Shown here piece after piece: positions 29,628-38,356 of a DNA stretch of 64,000 nt. The stretch's first letter is position 1, and each line of letters opens with the position of its first letter. The DNA lies in NCBI RefSeq assembly GCF_965199065.1, contig NZ_CBDAQN010000002.1, forward strand, positions 48,213 through 112,212. Direction: 5' to 3'. Source of the stretch: Acidisoma sp. Lineage in GTDB: Bacteria > Pseudomonadota > Alphaproteobacteria > Acetobacterales > Acetobacteraceae. Under the pieces are notes generated by a model. It did no database searches. It had not been told where the DNA came from and worked only from the letters and a program-made list of their open reading frames with translations. The position numbers were made by a program, and so were the translations under genes.

Positions 29628-29936
29628 TCATGTCAGAACGAATTGGGTCCAGTGCAGGCTCTCGCCGTCGCCAAGCCGCACTGAGAGATGAACCGGGCCC
29701 ACAGAAGAAGGGCTGACCTTGAAACGTATCTCGGCGTCGCGGGGATCGGCGGGCGTAGTAAACTTCAGCATCAGGCCGCCGCCATGCGGAACTTCGCTCA
29801 GAGGCCTCGGAAGGATCTGCGACAGGCCAAAGGGTTCGACGAACCTGCTGCTCAACCCGACCTGTTGTTCATCGGCGGCCGCGGCATCCTGACAAAGATG
29901 GTTCCGTGTCAGGCGTACCTTTATCATCTGTGGCAA
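29628..29936 (-). CDS. hypothetical 102-aa ORF (TTG start), possibly another gene remnant
   Basis: ORF only; no recognisable motif. An iteron-like copy overlaps its 5' end. Confidence 0.2.
   Translation of the reverse strand: MPQMIKVRLTRNHLCQDAAAADEQQVGLSSRFVEPFGLSQILPRPLSEVPHGGGLMLKFTTPADPRDAEIRFKVSPSSVGPVHLSVRLGDGESLHWTQFVLT
29913..29930. repeat. dispersed iteron-like copy
   Basis: GCGTACCTTTATCATCTG matches the CCGTACCTTTATCATCGC core upstream of repA. Confidence 0.5.
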
Positions 29937-29954
29937 AGCGCCGTTTGGTCGATG

Positions 29955-30953
29955 TCAGTCGAGCCAAGCCCTGACGGCTGCGCGCAGGAAGGCCGCGTCG
30001 GCCGGATTGGCAGAGGGGTTGCCGGCGCGATGGCCCCAGATGCTGGGGATCGGGCGCAACTCCGCATGCTTGAGGTGCGGCAACTCGGCCGCATTGTCGG
30101 CGACGCGGAAATAGAGGTCGGTCTCGCCCGGCATCAGCAGCACGCGGGCCTCGATGGCGGCGAGCGCCGCCGCGAGGTCGCCGCCCCCGCTGATGTCGTT
30201 GGCATCCCAAGTTTTCAGCTGCGCATAGAGGTCGGAAGCATGGCGGCGGGCATAGCGCTCCTCCCAGTCGGTTCGCAGGAACGTATCAAGATCGGGAGCG
30301 CCAAGGGCGCTGAGGTGCAAATCTGCCCGGTAGAAGTCCTGGCTGAGCGCCCAAGCGGCGTAGCTGCGGCCGAAGGCGCGGATCGCCGCGCGTGGCTCGG
30401 AGGAAAACCGGCCCTCGCCGATGTATTCAGGCGCCGCCTCCAGAACCGCCATGAGCGATTTCAGGAAGACGCTGTTATGGATCGCCGTGCGGGCGCTTCC
30501 GCAACAGATGATGGCGCGGGAAACCTGGCCGGGGAAACGCGCGGCCCAGTGGTAAGCCTGCTGCGCGCCCATCGACCAGCCGTACACCGCGTGGAGGTGC
30601 TCGATCCCCCAAACCTCGGCAAGCATGCGGCGCTGCGCCCGGACGTTGTCGAAGGGCGTGACCAGACCTGGCCAGGCGGCGGTGTTGGATGGGCTCGACG
30701 ACAGACCGTTCCCGAACATGTTTGGGATGACGATGAACCACCGGTCAGGGTCCAGCACGCCCTCCGGGCCGATAAGCCATTCAAGGTCAGGATGCTGGGC
30801 GGAATAGCTCGTCGGATACAGCACGACGTTGTCGCGCGCAGGTGACAGCACCCCATGCGTCTTCCAGCTGATCGTCGCCTCCGGCAGCGTTCGGCCAGAT
30901 TCCAGATCCACGTCTCCCAGGTCGAAGGCACCGGCCTCGGTCGGCCACATCAT
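29955..30953 (-). CDS. alpha/beta hydrolase, homoserine O-acetyltransferase (MetX)-like family
   Basis: 332 aa with GWSMGAQQAY (GxSxG), a later ETD and WGH (Asp/His candidates), and an N-terminus like MetX-type acyltransferases. Its ATG overlaps the parB stop (ATGA). Confidence 0.75.
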   Translation of the reverse strand: MMWPTEAGAFDLGDVDLESGRTLPEATISWKTHGVLSPARDNVVLYPTSYSAQHPDLEWLIGPEGVLDPDRWFIVIPNMFGNGLSSSPSNTAAWPGLVTPFDNVRAQRRMLAEVWGIEHLHAVYGWSMGAQQAYHWAARFPGQVSRAIICCGSARTAIHNSVFLKSLMAVLEAAPEYIGEGRFSSEPRAAIRAFGRSYAAWALSQDFYRADLHLSALGAPDLDTFLRTDWEERYARRHASDLYAQLKTWDANDISGGGDLAAALAAIEARVLLMPGETDLYFRVADNAAELPHLKHAELRPIPSIWGHRAGNPSANPADAAFLRAAVRAWLD

Positions 30954-32029
30954 CGCGGACCACCGGCCTTCTGGACCCTCTTGCCCGGGCGCGGCTTGGG
31001 TGTTCGCACGTCCTCCGTACGTTTATCATCGGTTGCACCGAGGCCGCTGAGGTAACGGTCGAGAGCCATGCCGACGATGGCCGCGTCCTTCAAGCGCGTC
31101 TTCGGAATTGCCACGAGCAGGCCACTCCTGCTGTCCCACCGGGCTGTCAGGATCACGCGTCCCTCCTCATCGACGATCTTCTCCGCGGGTGGCGCCTTCG
31201 CCAGCGGGTCAGGCTTGGCCGCGAGCAGCCGGGAGACGACCTGCGCTGGCGCCAGTGGCGTCCCGCCCCGCTCCTTCCGCGCCATCTGCTCCGCGGCAAG
31301 TTCAGCCGCTGCTTCCATAAGCTGCGCCCGGTCGCGCGGATGGCTCAGCCTCGGCGCCAGGCTTGCCGCATGCGTGATGCCGATGACGTGCGGCGAACCG
31401 AAGCACGCCAGCACCTCCGGCGGCAGCTTCGCAAGCTCCAGATAGCGGCTCAGCCAGCTTTTGGTGACCTGCAGGCGCTCGGCCATCCGCTGCTGGCTGC
31501 CGTCGTAATAGCGCTCGACCGCGCGCGCGTAGTCGGTCGCCCGTTCATAATCGGACAAATCCTTGCGCGATCGGTTCTCCAGGTCCGCGAGGCAGAACGC
31601 CTCCTCGTCGGTGAGTTCCCGGGGTTCGACGATGAACTTGAAATCCGGGAAGTGATGCCTGCGCAGCCAGCTGACGCTCCAATGGCGTCGGGCTCCACAG
31701 ATGACCTCGAAGCGGATCTTCGGGTCGCCGGTGACACGACGCACGATCGCCGGTACCTCCTGACGCCCCTGGGCGCGCAAGCTGTCGATCAGGTCGGAAC
31801 AGGCCTGCTCGTTCAGCGCCTCATAATCGCGGTTGTGTCCTTGCCAGATCCGGCATGTGTCAGGATCAACCGCTTCATGAACGCGCGTCATCATCGCGCC
31901 CGACGACAGTTCGGCCAATCGATTTTCACGGGCGCCGAGGAAGCCGGTCCGCGGGGGACGCCGCGTTTCCGGCGCCCCTTCCCCACCACCGATGACGAGT
32001 CCGGCGAAACCCTTGTTTCCAAGTGCCAC
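30950..32029 (-). CDS. parB: ParB/RepB-type partition protein
   Basis: 359 aa; ..NRDYEALNEQACSDLIDSLRAQGRQEVPAIVRRV.. (ParB box) and HTH SQQRMAERLQVTKSWLSRYL. Directly downstream of parA. Confidence 0.85.
   Translation of the reverse strand: MALGNKGFAGLVIGGGEGAPETRRPPRTGFLGARENRLAELSSGAMMTRVHEAVDPDTCRIWQGHNRDYEALNEQACSDLIDSLRAQGRQEVPAIVRRVTGDPKIRFEVICGARRHWSVSWLRRHHFPDFKFIVEPRELTDEEAFCLADLENRSRKDLSDYERATDYARAVERYYDGSQQRMAERLQVTKSWLSRYLELAKLPPEVLACFGSPHVIGITHAASLAPRLSHPRDRAQLMEAAAELAAEQMARKERGGTPLAPAQVVSRLLAAKPDPLAKAPPAEKIVDEEGRVILTARWDSRSGLLVAIPKTRLKDAAIVGMALDRYLSGLGATDDKRTEDVRTPKPRPGKRVQKAGGPR
31015..31032. repeat. dispersed iteron-like copy inside the parB 3' end
   Basis: CCGTACGTTTATCATCGG. 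Confidence 0.5.
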
Positions 32030-32063
32030 GGAAACTCTCCTTTTATCAGCGCTTTAGCCCAAA

Positions 32064-32079
32064 GTTGCAGACCTGCAAC
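32064..32079. promoter_or_regulatory. 16-bp near-perfect palindrome in the parA-parB intergenic region (parS candidate)
   Basis: GTTGCAG-AC-CTGCAAC: 7-bp arms and GTT...AAC ends, as in repABC-type parS palindromes. Confidence 0.35.
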
Positions 32080-32112
32080 TCGACGAATTTTCCAAAGGTG
32101 CCCGTGGGCGCC

Positions 32113-33330
32113 CTAAAGCACGCCTTCAGCCCGCAACCGCGGCAGGTGACTAGGCCAGGTCAGTCTGATCTGCGTCTCGATCTCGGCGTTCACCGCGTTG
32201 AGGTAGTTCAGGCAGCGTTGATAGGTCTCGCGCGAGGTGACCGGCTGGTCGAGTTCGTAGACCGACATCATCCGCGCCGAAGCGTTGTCGATCTCTGCAC
32301 TATCGCGCAGCACCGAGCGCAGCATGTTCTCCCCGAACAGGTTCTTCATGAGCTGAAGCAGCTCGCGCTGCATGGACTTCTGTTCGTCGGCCCGCGTAGC
32401 CAGAAAGCGGATCCAGCGGAGGTCGATCGGCAGGCCGCGCTCGCCCAGCACTCCGATGCTCTCATGGAGCATGGCCAGAAAGCTGGTCGTGGAGGTGAAA
32501 TCGACGACGGTCGGCGGCACCGGGATGAGCAGCGCATTGGCCGCTCGCATGACCGACAGCGACACGGTGCCGAGCGCCGGCGGCGGATCGAGGATCACCA
32601 CGTCGAAATGTTCGGAGATCGAGGCGATGCCCTCCGAAAGCCGGTTCAGAAGCAACCCGTCGCTACGCGCGATCCTGGCCGCCAACTCGTACTCGGCCGA
32701 GTAGAGCCGGAGATTGGCGGGAATGAGATACAGCCCGTCCCAGTGGGTCTCCCGCACCGCATAGGCGAGGCTCGACATCTCGGCGTTCCGGATGAAGGGA
32801 TAGAGCGTATCTTCCTCGGCGATGTCGAGGTCCGGGATGTAGCCCAGCATGGCGGTGGAGGAGCCCTGGCTATCGCAGTCGATCAGGCACACGCGATAGC
32901 CGCGGGTCGCGAGGTATTGCGCCAGGTGGACGGAAACCGTCGATTTGCCCACGCCGCCCTTGAAGTTCTGCACCGCGATGATGGAGACGGGGTCGGACGG
33001 ATCCCGCCACGGACGCGTGGAGAAGACGCGGCGCATCTCGTTGACTTCATCGAGCGTGTAGCCGATGCGACGGCCTGTATTTGTGCGTGCGACGCCCGGC
33101 AGCCGCCCGTCCTTCTCCGCCTCACGGATGGCCGCGCCGGTTCGGCCCACAAGATCGGCGGCACGCGTGATCGAGAACCTGGGCGAGCGCCTGATGCCGG
33201 TTTCGCCCGTCTCATCGGTCACGTCGCCGCGGGCCCGCAGCTTGCTGACAACGTCGATCGACCGGTTGTAGAGAGACTCGACCAGGCTTGCGGGATCGAT
33301 ACCGTCCATAACCTCCCTGCCCGCTTTCAT
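32113..33330 (-). CDS. parA: ParA/RepA-type partition ATPase with N-terminal HTH extension (type Ia)
   Basis: 405 aa; deviant Walker A in IIAVQNFKGGVGKSTVSVHLAQYLATRGYRVCLIDCDSQGS. The ~110-aa N-terminal extension resembles repABC RepA proteins. ATGA overlap with the initiator gene stop. Confidence 0.9.
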   Translation of the reverse strand: MKAGREVMDGIDPASLVESLYNRSIDVVSKLRARGDVTDETGETGIRRSPRFSITRAADLVGRTGAAIREAEKDGRLPGVARTNTGRRIGYTLDEVNEMRRVFSTRPWRDPSDPVSIIAVQNFKGGVGKSTVSVHLAQYLATRGYRVCLIDCDSQGSSTAMLGYIPDLDIAEEDTLYPFIRNAEMSSLAYAVRETHWDGLYLIPANLRLYSAEYELAARIARSDGLLLNRLSEGIASISEHFDVVILDPPPALGTVSLSVMRAANALLIPVPPTVVDFTSTTSFLAMLHESIGVLGERGLPIDLRWIRFLATRADEQKSMQRELLQLMKNLFGENMLRSVLRDSAEIDNASARMMSVYELDQPVTSRETYQRCLNYLNAVNAEIETQIRLTWPSHLPRLRAEGVL

Positions 33331-34613
33331 GCTTGCGGGGTCGTTCGGACGCGCGCGATGACGACCGGTGCGCGCTCAAGACCGCAATCCCGTGCGGCCC
33401 GTTCGAGCTGCGGGCCGAAATTCTGCCGGATGTAGTCGGCCTTGAAGCGCGAACCGACGATGAGGCTGCTGTTCTCGTCACCTGCCTGACGGCTTTCAAA
33501 GGTCGCGTCGGAGAGCCAGGCGCGCGCCAGCGTCTCGCCGATGGCCTCCTTGAATGTCTCGAGAAGGCTTCGCGGGGTCGCGGGTGCCGGAGAGGGCACA
33601 TCGGGCTTGGGGGCAACACTCACCAGCCGCAGCGGCCGGCGCTGGAGCGGGGCAGGGGAGGCGAACAGACGAATCGCGGTGGTGTCGAACTCTGCCCGCG
33701 CCTCGGGATAAACCGCCGAGACATGACGCTCCCAGGCATCCCTGATCGTCTGGCGGAACTTGCGGATATTGTTGCCGTCGTTGCCGAAGTGCACCGCCAA
33801 TTGCGACCAGCTGAGCAGCGATGGGCGAGCCTTGGCGATGCGGGGCAGGCGGTACGCAAGCCAGGTGTAGAGGTCGAGCGCGGTCGCGGAATCCCGCAGC
33901 TGCCGGATCGCGTTCTCGTCGAGAGGGACGGCATGATCCCGCAGATGGTCGAAAAAACCCTCTGTGAGGATGATCTCTCGGGAGAAGGCGCCACGCTTGT
34001 CGTCGCGGCCCGCATAGTCATTGGTGAGCTTGACCTCCTTGACCGCGAACTCGCGGTTGCCTGCGGCCGCCTCGCTGTCCCACCGGATCATCCATTCGCA
34101 GGCGAGCAGCCGGTCTAGCTGCTCGCGAATGAGGGTGGCCGATCCTCGCGGCCCGTAGCTGATCGACCGGAAACCCATGCGCCGCATCCAGTCCGTGAAG
34201 GACGTGCCAAGAACGATATGACGAGATCGGGTGCGGACCGCCTCGGTCATGATGTGGATCAGGACAAGGCGGGGGAGAGACCCGTAGGGGACACCGAGGA
34301 TTGCCATGCGCTGCTGGCCATCGATCCGCTGCAGGACCGGCCTCGGCGTGATCGCGAGCGTGTATTGGCCGTCCTGGCGGATGATCGAGGCCTTATCATC
34401 CGCCGGCTTTCGAACGGGCAGGGACATGGCGCACAGGGCCGAATGCAGGAAACTCGGGGTGGGTTCTTCGAGCGCAACTGCCTGAACACGTTCGAAGAGA
34501 TCGGGCTGGCCAAGTTGATTGGCATGAAGCCTTGCAGCTCCCTGGCCCTCGCCGACAAGAACCGCGTGGACCTGTTGACCCAAAGGGCGTTTGCCACTCG
34601 TCATCGATGCCAC
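33327..34613 (-). CDS. repA: plasmid replication initiator (plasmid-encoded RepA family, winged-helix)
   Basis: GVPYGSLPRLVLIHIMTEAVRTRSRHIVLGTSFTDWMRRMG, AVPLDENAIRQLRDSATALDLYTWLAYRL and LSWSQLAVHFG..IRKFRQ match my recollection of the RepA_C-type initiator family. GTG start at 34613 or ATG at 34604. Confidence 0.7.
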   Translation of the reverse strand: MASMTSGKRPLGQQVHAVLVGEGQGAARLHANQLGQPDLFERVQAVALEEPTPSFLHSALCAMSLPVRKPADDKASIIRQDGQYTLAITPRPVLQRIDGQQRMAILGVPYGSLPRLVLIHIMTEAVRTRSRHIVLGTSFTDWMRRMGFRSISYGPRGSATLIREQLDRLLACEWMIRWDSEAAAGNREFAVKEVKLTNDYAGRDDKRGAFSREIILTEGFFDHLRDHAVPLDENAIRQLRDSATALDLYTWLAYRLPRIAKARPSLLSWSQLAVHFGNDGNNIRKFRQTIRDAWERHVSAVYPEARAEFDTTAIRLFASPAPLQRRPLRLVSVAPKPDVPSPAPATPRSLLETFKEAIGETLARAWLSDATFESRQAGDENSSLIVGSRFKADYIRQNFGPQLERAARDCGLERAPVVIARVRTTPQA

Positions 34614-34793
34614 CGCGCCACATCCGACTCCGCAATGCTTTCCGTGCCTCCGCTAGCACAACCCTCGCGGAAGACCAATCAGTTTTCACAAATGCGGCGC
34701 TTTCGACCTCAGATGTGCAAATGCTTTGGTGTCAGACGACCATGTTTCTACCCAGGACCCTCTGAGGGCTTCTTAGGAAGCTTCTTAGGATTG

Positions 34794-34995
34794 GTACTTC
34801 TTTCATCGGCAACAGCTTACTTGCCGTACCTAGTTCATCGGTCCGACTCGGGCGTGGCGTACGTTCGCCATCGCATCTTCGTACCGGAGGCATCGGTGCT
34901 TCCAGCCCGTACCTTTATCATCGCGATGGAGGACGATCTGGTCGCACGCGCCGCACAAGTCTGAGCGCTTGAGGAGGCCGTACCATTATCATCGG
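34794..34995. repeat. iteron-like direct repeat cluster (candidate oriV / rep operator)
   Basis: Four good copies of (C/T)CGTACC-N4-(T/G)CATCG(G/C) at 34824-34841, 34879-34896, 34907-34924 and 34978-34995. Degenerate copies at about 34794-34809 and 34857-34874. CTTCTTAGGA x2 at 34769-34790. Confidence 0.6.
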
Positions 34996-35119
34996 CCGGT
35001 CCCGTTCGGACCACTCGGCCGGTCACAACCGGGCGAGAGCAACGGCGCGTGTCGATCGACGGCCCATCTGAGATTCCATGCGCGACATCAAATCGCGCTC
35101 CTTCTGAAGGAGAAAAACG

Positions 35120-35995
35120 ATGAGTGATACAGGTGCGTTCCGTCTGTCCGGCAAGGTCGCCGTCGTCACAGGTGCCGCCCGAGGGATTGGCCGTGCGGCC
35201 GCCGTGGCTCTCGCCCGCGCCGGCGCCTCCATCGTAGGCATCGACATCGCCGGGCCGGCAAGCACCCATGTCGACTTCGCCCCTGCGAGCGCGAGCGACC
35301 TCTCGGAGACTGGCCGGCTCGTTCAGCAGGCAGGCGGCCGGTGGATGTCGCTGACGGTCGATCAGCGGAACCTTCCCGAACTGCGCGCGGCCGCGGCCGC
35401 CGCGAAATCTGAACTGGGCGGTGTGGATATCCTGTTCGCCAATGGCGGCATTCAGGCGTTCAAGCCTATTCTTGAGATGGAGGACGCCGATTGGCACGAC
35501 CAGATCGACATCAACCTGACCGGAACGATGAACGCGATCCGCGCCTTCGCGCCGTTGTTGGTCGAGCGGGGCGGCGGGCGGATCATCGTGACTTCCTCGA
35601 CGCAAGGTCAGCACGGGACCAAGAATGGCTCCGCTTATTCGGCCTCCAAGTGGGGGATCATCGGCTTGATGAAGTCGGCGGCGATGGAGCTTGGCGCTCA
35701 CAGGATCACCGTGAACGCTCTCATTCCCGGACTCATCGATACGCCGCTCACGCGACACGAGGATCGCTATGCTCAGGCGCTGGAAACGGCGGGCAAGGAA
35801 CCCACGGGTGACGTGGCGAAGGATGAGGGGGCGGCACGATCCGGGCTTGCCGCCAAATCACCCCTCGGCATGCCTTGGATCGAGCCCGAGGACGTGGCGC
35901 CCATGGTCGTATTCCTAGCGTCCGACGAAGCCCGGATGGTCAGTGGCGGCACCTACGCGGTGACGGCCGGGGACAGCGCGAACGTCACCGCGTAG
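35120..35995 (+). CDS. SDR family oxidoreductase
   Basis: GKVAVVTGAARGIGRAAA (TGxxxGxG), NGG, and YSASK catalytic Tyr-Lys. Strong SD (GAAGGAG) upstream. Confidence 0.9.
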   Translation: MSDTGAFRLSGKVAVVTGAARGIGRAAAVALARAGASIVGIDIAGPASTHVDFAPASASDLSETGRLVQQAGGRWMSLTVDQRNLPELRAAAAAAKSELGGVDILFANGGIQAFKPILEMEDADWHDQIDINLTGTMNAIRAFAPLLVERGGGRIIVTSSTQGQHGTKNGSAYSASKWGIIGLMKSAAMELGAHRITVNALIPGLIDTPLTRHEDRYAQALETAGKEPTGDVAKDEGAARSGLAAKSPLGMPWIEPEDVAPMVVFLASDEARMVSGGTYAVTAGDSANVTA

Positions 35996-36218
35996 ACGTG
36001 CATCCGGCGCATGGAACTTCTCAAAAAACCCATTTTGGGAAGCGTCAATACCGTGAGCTCGTGCTGCCTTAATGACTGCCGCCGAGGATCATCCGGCGCT
36101 CAGGTAGGATCGAGCCAGTAGGACGAAGAGGATCTCGACCTGTATCAAGCCGCGCCCTATAGCCAAGGGCCGGTTAGTTCGCGGAGCCGGAAGTGATGGT
36201 TTCCTGAGGGTTTCTTGA

Positions 36219-37496
36219 TTGATGTCGGCCTTGTCGCTCGGCTGCTGGAAGCTTCCTGACCTCAGCCTCAGGCGGCTTTTGCTCTACGGGGCGCTCGCGG
36301 GCCTGAGTGGCTGCAACGCGCCGTTAATGGGCCCCGGGCGGATGGGCACGGCCACTATGACCTTTGGGAACACGGCGTCACTGCCTCCGCCAGCCGGGCG
36401 TGGAGTTGCACTGCTCGCGCCGCTCACCGGCCCGGATGCCGCAGTGGCCCTGGCTCTAGTGAACGCCGCCAAGCTTGGTCTCGGGACCGGGACGGTGCCG
36501 CCCCTTGAGGTGTTCGACACCGGCAGCACGCCGGCAGGTGCCAATGCTGCTGCGACTGCGGCGGTCGCCCAAGGCGCGGGCCTCATCCTCGGACCATTGA
36601 CCGATGTAGAGACTAGCGCCGTCGCCCTTACCATGACCGCCTCCCATGTCGACGTGCTCGCCTTCACCTCGGATGGCGCGGCGGCGCGGCCCGGCATCTG
36701 GACCTTGGGGATCACGCCCTTGGAGCAGGTCCAGGCATTAGTGCGCGCCGCCAAGGCGAGCGGCCACGGCGAGATCGCCGGCCTGCTGCCGCTGACGCCG
36801 TTAGGCGAGGCCATGGCTCAGGCCCTCCGGACGGAGGAGCCCGACGCGCGGATACAGTTCTACGGCGACTTCGCCTCGATGAACGCGGCGACGCGCAGTC
36901 TGTCGAACTACGAAACGCGCCGCGGCCCGGTCGACGCGCAGATCAAGGAGTTGCGGGGGGAGCACACAGCGGCAGCCTCGGCCGAGGCCTCCCGCCTCGC
37001 GCGGCAGCCGGTGCCGCCGCCACCCTTCAACGCGCTGGTGATTGCCGAAACCGGACGGGGGCTGGAGGAACTCGCGAGCCTCCTCGCCTATTATGATGTA
37101 AACCCGGGTCCGGTTCTCGTCCTTGGCCCAGGTTTGTGGGCCGCTTATCCTGCGGCGGTCGCAGCGGCCGGTCTCGGCGGTGCCCTTTATGCCGCCCCCG
37201 ATCCGGCCGCGGCCGCGGATTTCGTCTCGCGCTATACGCTGCAGTTCGGAAGCACGCCGCCAGCCTTGGCCGCCGTTGCCTTCGACGCCGGCGCCATTGC
37301 CCGGACAGCGACGGAGGCCGGCGGCCTCGATCTCACGGCGCTGACAAATCCAGCGGGCTTCAGCGGGGCGGATGGCGTGCTGGCGCTGCAGCCGGACGGT
37401 TCTGTCCGTCGTGGGCTCGCCGTGTTTCGGGTCCAGGCGGATGGCTCGCAGATCGTCCGGCCGGCACCCGCAGCTCTCCCGGCGCCGCTCCTTTAG
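36219..37496 (+). CDS. periplasmic-binding-fold lipoprotein, penicillin-binding-protein activator (LpoA/LppC)-like
   Basis: Lipobox LAGLSGC, then an Ala-rich type-I PBP-like fold (..VALLAPLTGPDAAVALALVNAAKLGL..LILGPLT..). Probable ATG at 36222. Confidence 0.5.
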   Translation: MMSALSLGCWKLPDLSLRRLLLYGALAGLSGCNAPLMGPGRMGTATMTFGNTASLPPPAGRGVALLAPLTGPDAAVALALVNAAKLGLGTGTVPPLEVFDTGSTPAGANAAATAAVAQGAGLILGPLTDVETSAVALTMTASHVDVLAFTSDGAAARPGIWTLGITPLEQVQALVRAAKASGHGEIAGLLPLTPLGEAMAQALRTEEPDARIQFYGDFASMNAATRSLSNYETRRGPVDAQIKELRGEHTAAASAEASRLARQPVPPPPFNALVIAETGRGLEELASLLAYYDVNPGPVLVLGPGLWAAYPAAVAAAGLGGALYAAPDPAAAADFVSRYTLQFGSTPPALAAVAFDAGAIARTATEAGGLDLTALTNPAGFSGADGVLALQPDGSVRRGLAVFRVQADGSQIVRPAPAALPAPLL

Positions 37497-38308
37497 CGAA
37501 ACGCCAGCAGCCAGACGATCCACAATGCGGCGCAAAGGCCTGGGCCGAATGGCAGGCGCGTGGTCGCGCGCACCCCTTCGCCACGCCGCACGGCGTCCAC
37601 CAGAGCCACGGCCAGGGTCAGCAGCGCGCCGCCGAGCAACACGCCGGAGAGTGCGGTGACGCCGACCCAGGCGCCCGCTGCCGCCATCAGCTTGGCATCG
37701 CCTTCGCCAAGCCCATCCCGGCCGCGGAGCCGCCGATAGGACCAGGAGACGCCACGGAAGAGCAGGTAGCCCAGCGCCGCCGCCGCCGCATGGGCCGTGA
37801 GCGTCTCAGGTTCCAGCCAGAAGGTTGCCGCCAACCCCGCCAGCACGAGCGGCAAGGTGAGGGCGTCCGGCAGGATGAACGCCTCGCAGTCGATCCACGC
37901 CAGCGCCAGCAGCGTCCAGCCAAGCGCGCAGCCGCAGCAGAGCGTGGTGGGGTCGGGCAGCACAGCGGCGGCGATCGCGGCCACCGCGAGCGCCGCAAGT
38001 TCGATGGCGATGTGGAACGGAGCGATTTGCGCGCCGCACTTGCGGCATCGGCCCCGCAGCATGAGGTAGCTTGCGATAGGCACTAATTCTGCGGCACCGA
38101 GAGGCCGGCGGCACGTCTCGCAGCGGGACCGGTCGAGCATGACGGGCGCGCCCGCAGGCAAGCGCCGGATGAGGACCCCGAGAAAGCTGCCGATGACAGG
38201 CGACACGATGAGCGCAAAAAGCCAGACGGGCAGGGTGGTGGTCAGGCCGCTGCCTCCAAATTCTTCTCTGATCCGTTTAAGACGACGCGCTTGCGATTGG
38301 TCTGCCAC
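37493..38308 (-). CDS. gspO: prepilin peptidase / N-methyltransferase (A24 family)
   Basis: CETC..(20 aa)..CRKC zinc motif after the first TM. Polytopic, with conserved Asp regions (..GEGDAKLMAAAGAWVG..). Confidence 0.9.
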   Translation of the reverse strand: MADQSQARRLKRIREEFGGSGLTTTLPVWLFALIVSPVIGSFLGVLIRRLPAGAPVMLDRSRCETCRRPLGAAELVPIASYLMLRGRCRKCGAQIAPFHIAIELAALAVAAIAAAVLPDPTTLCCGCALGWTLLALAWIDCEAFILPDALTLPLVLAGLAATFWLEPETLTAHAAAAALGYLLFRGVSWSYRRLRGRDGLGEGDAKLMAAAGAWVGVTALSGVLLGGALLTLAVALVDAVRRGEGVRATTRLPFGPGLCAALWIVWLLAFR

Positions 38309-38356
38309 TCGTGAGACGCCGAAGATGGCCTACGGGACGATGTTTAGGACACCAAG

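Noticed and set aside
29688-34118. Plus-strand ORFs of 385 aa (29688-30845), 258 aa (31340-32116), 470 aa (32023-33435) and 261 aa (33333-34118)
   Set aside because: Antisense to the hydrolase, parB, parA and repA genes, which carry clear family motifs and are translationally coupled on the minus strand.
34676-34692. DnaA-box-like sequence (GTTTTCACA) in the putative origin region
   Set aside because: It has several mismatches to TTATCCACA and occurs once only, so it is not distinguishable from chance.
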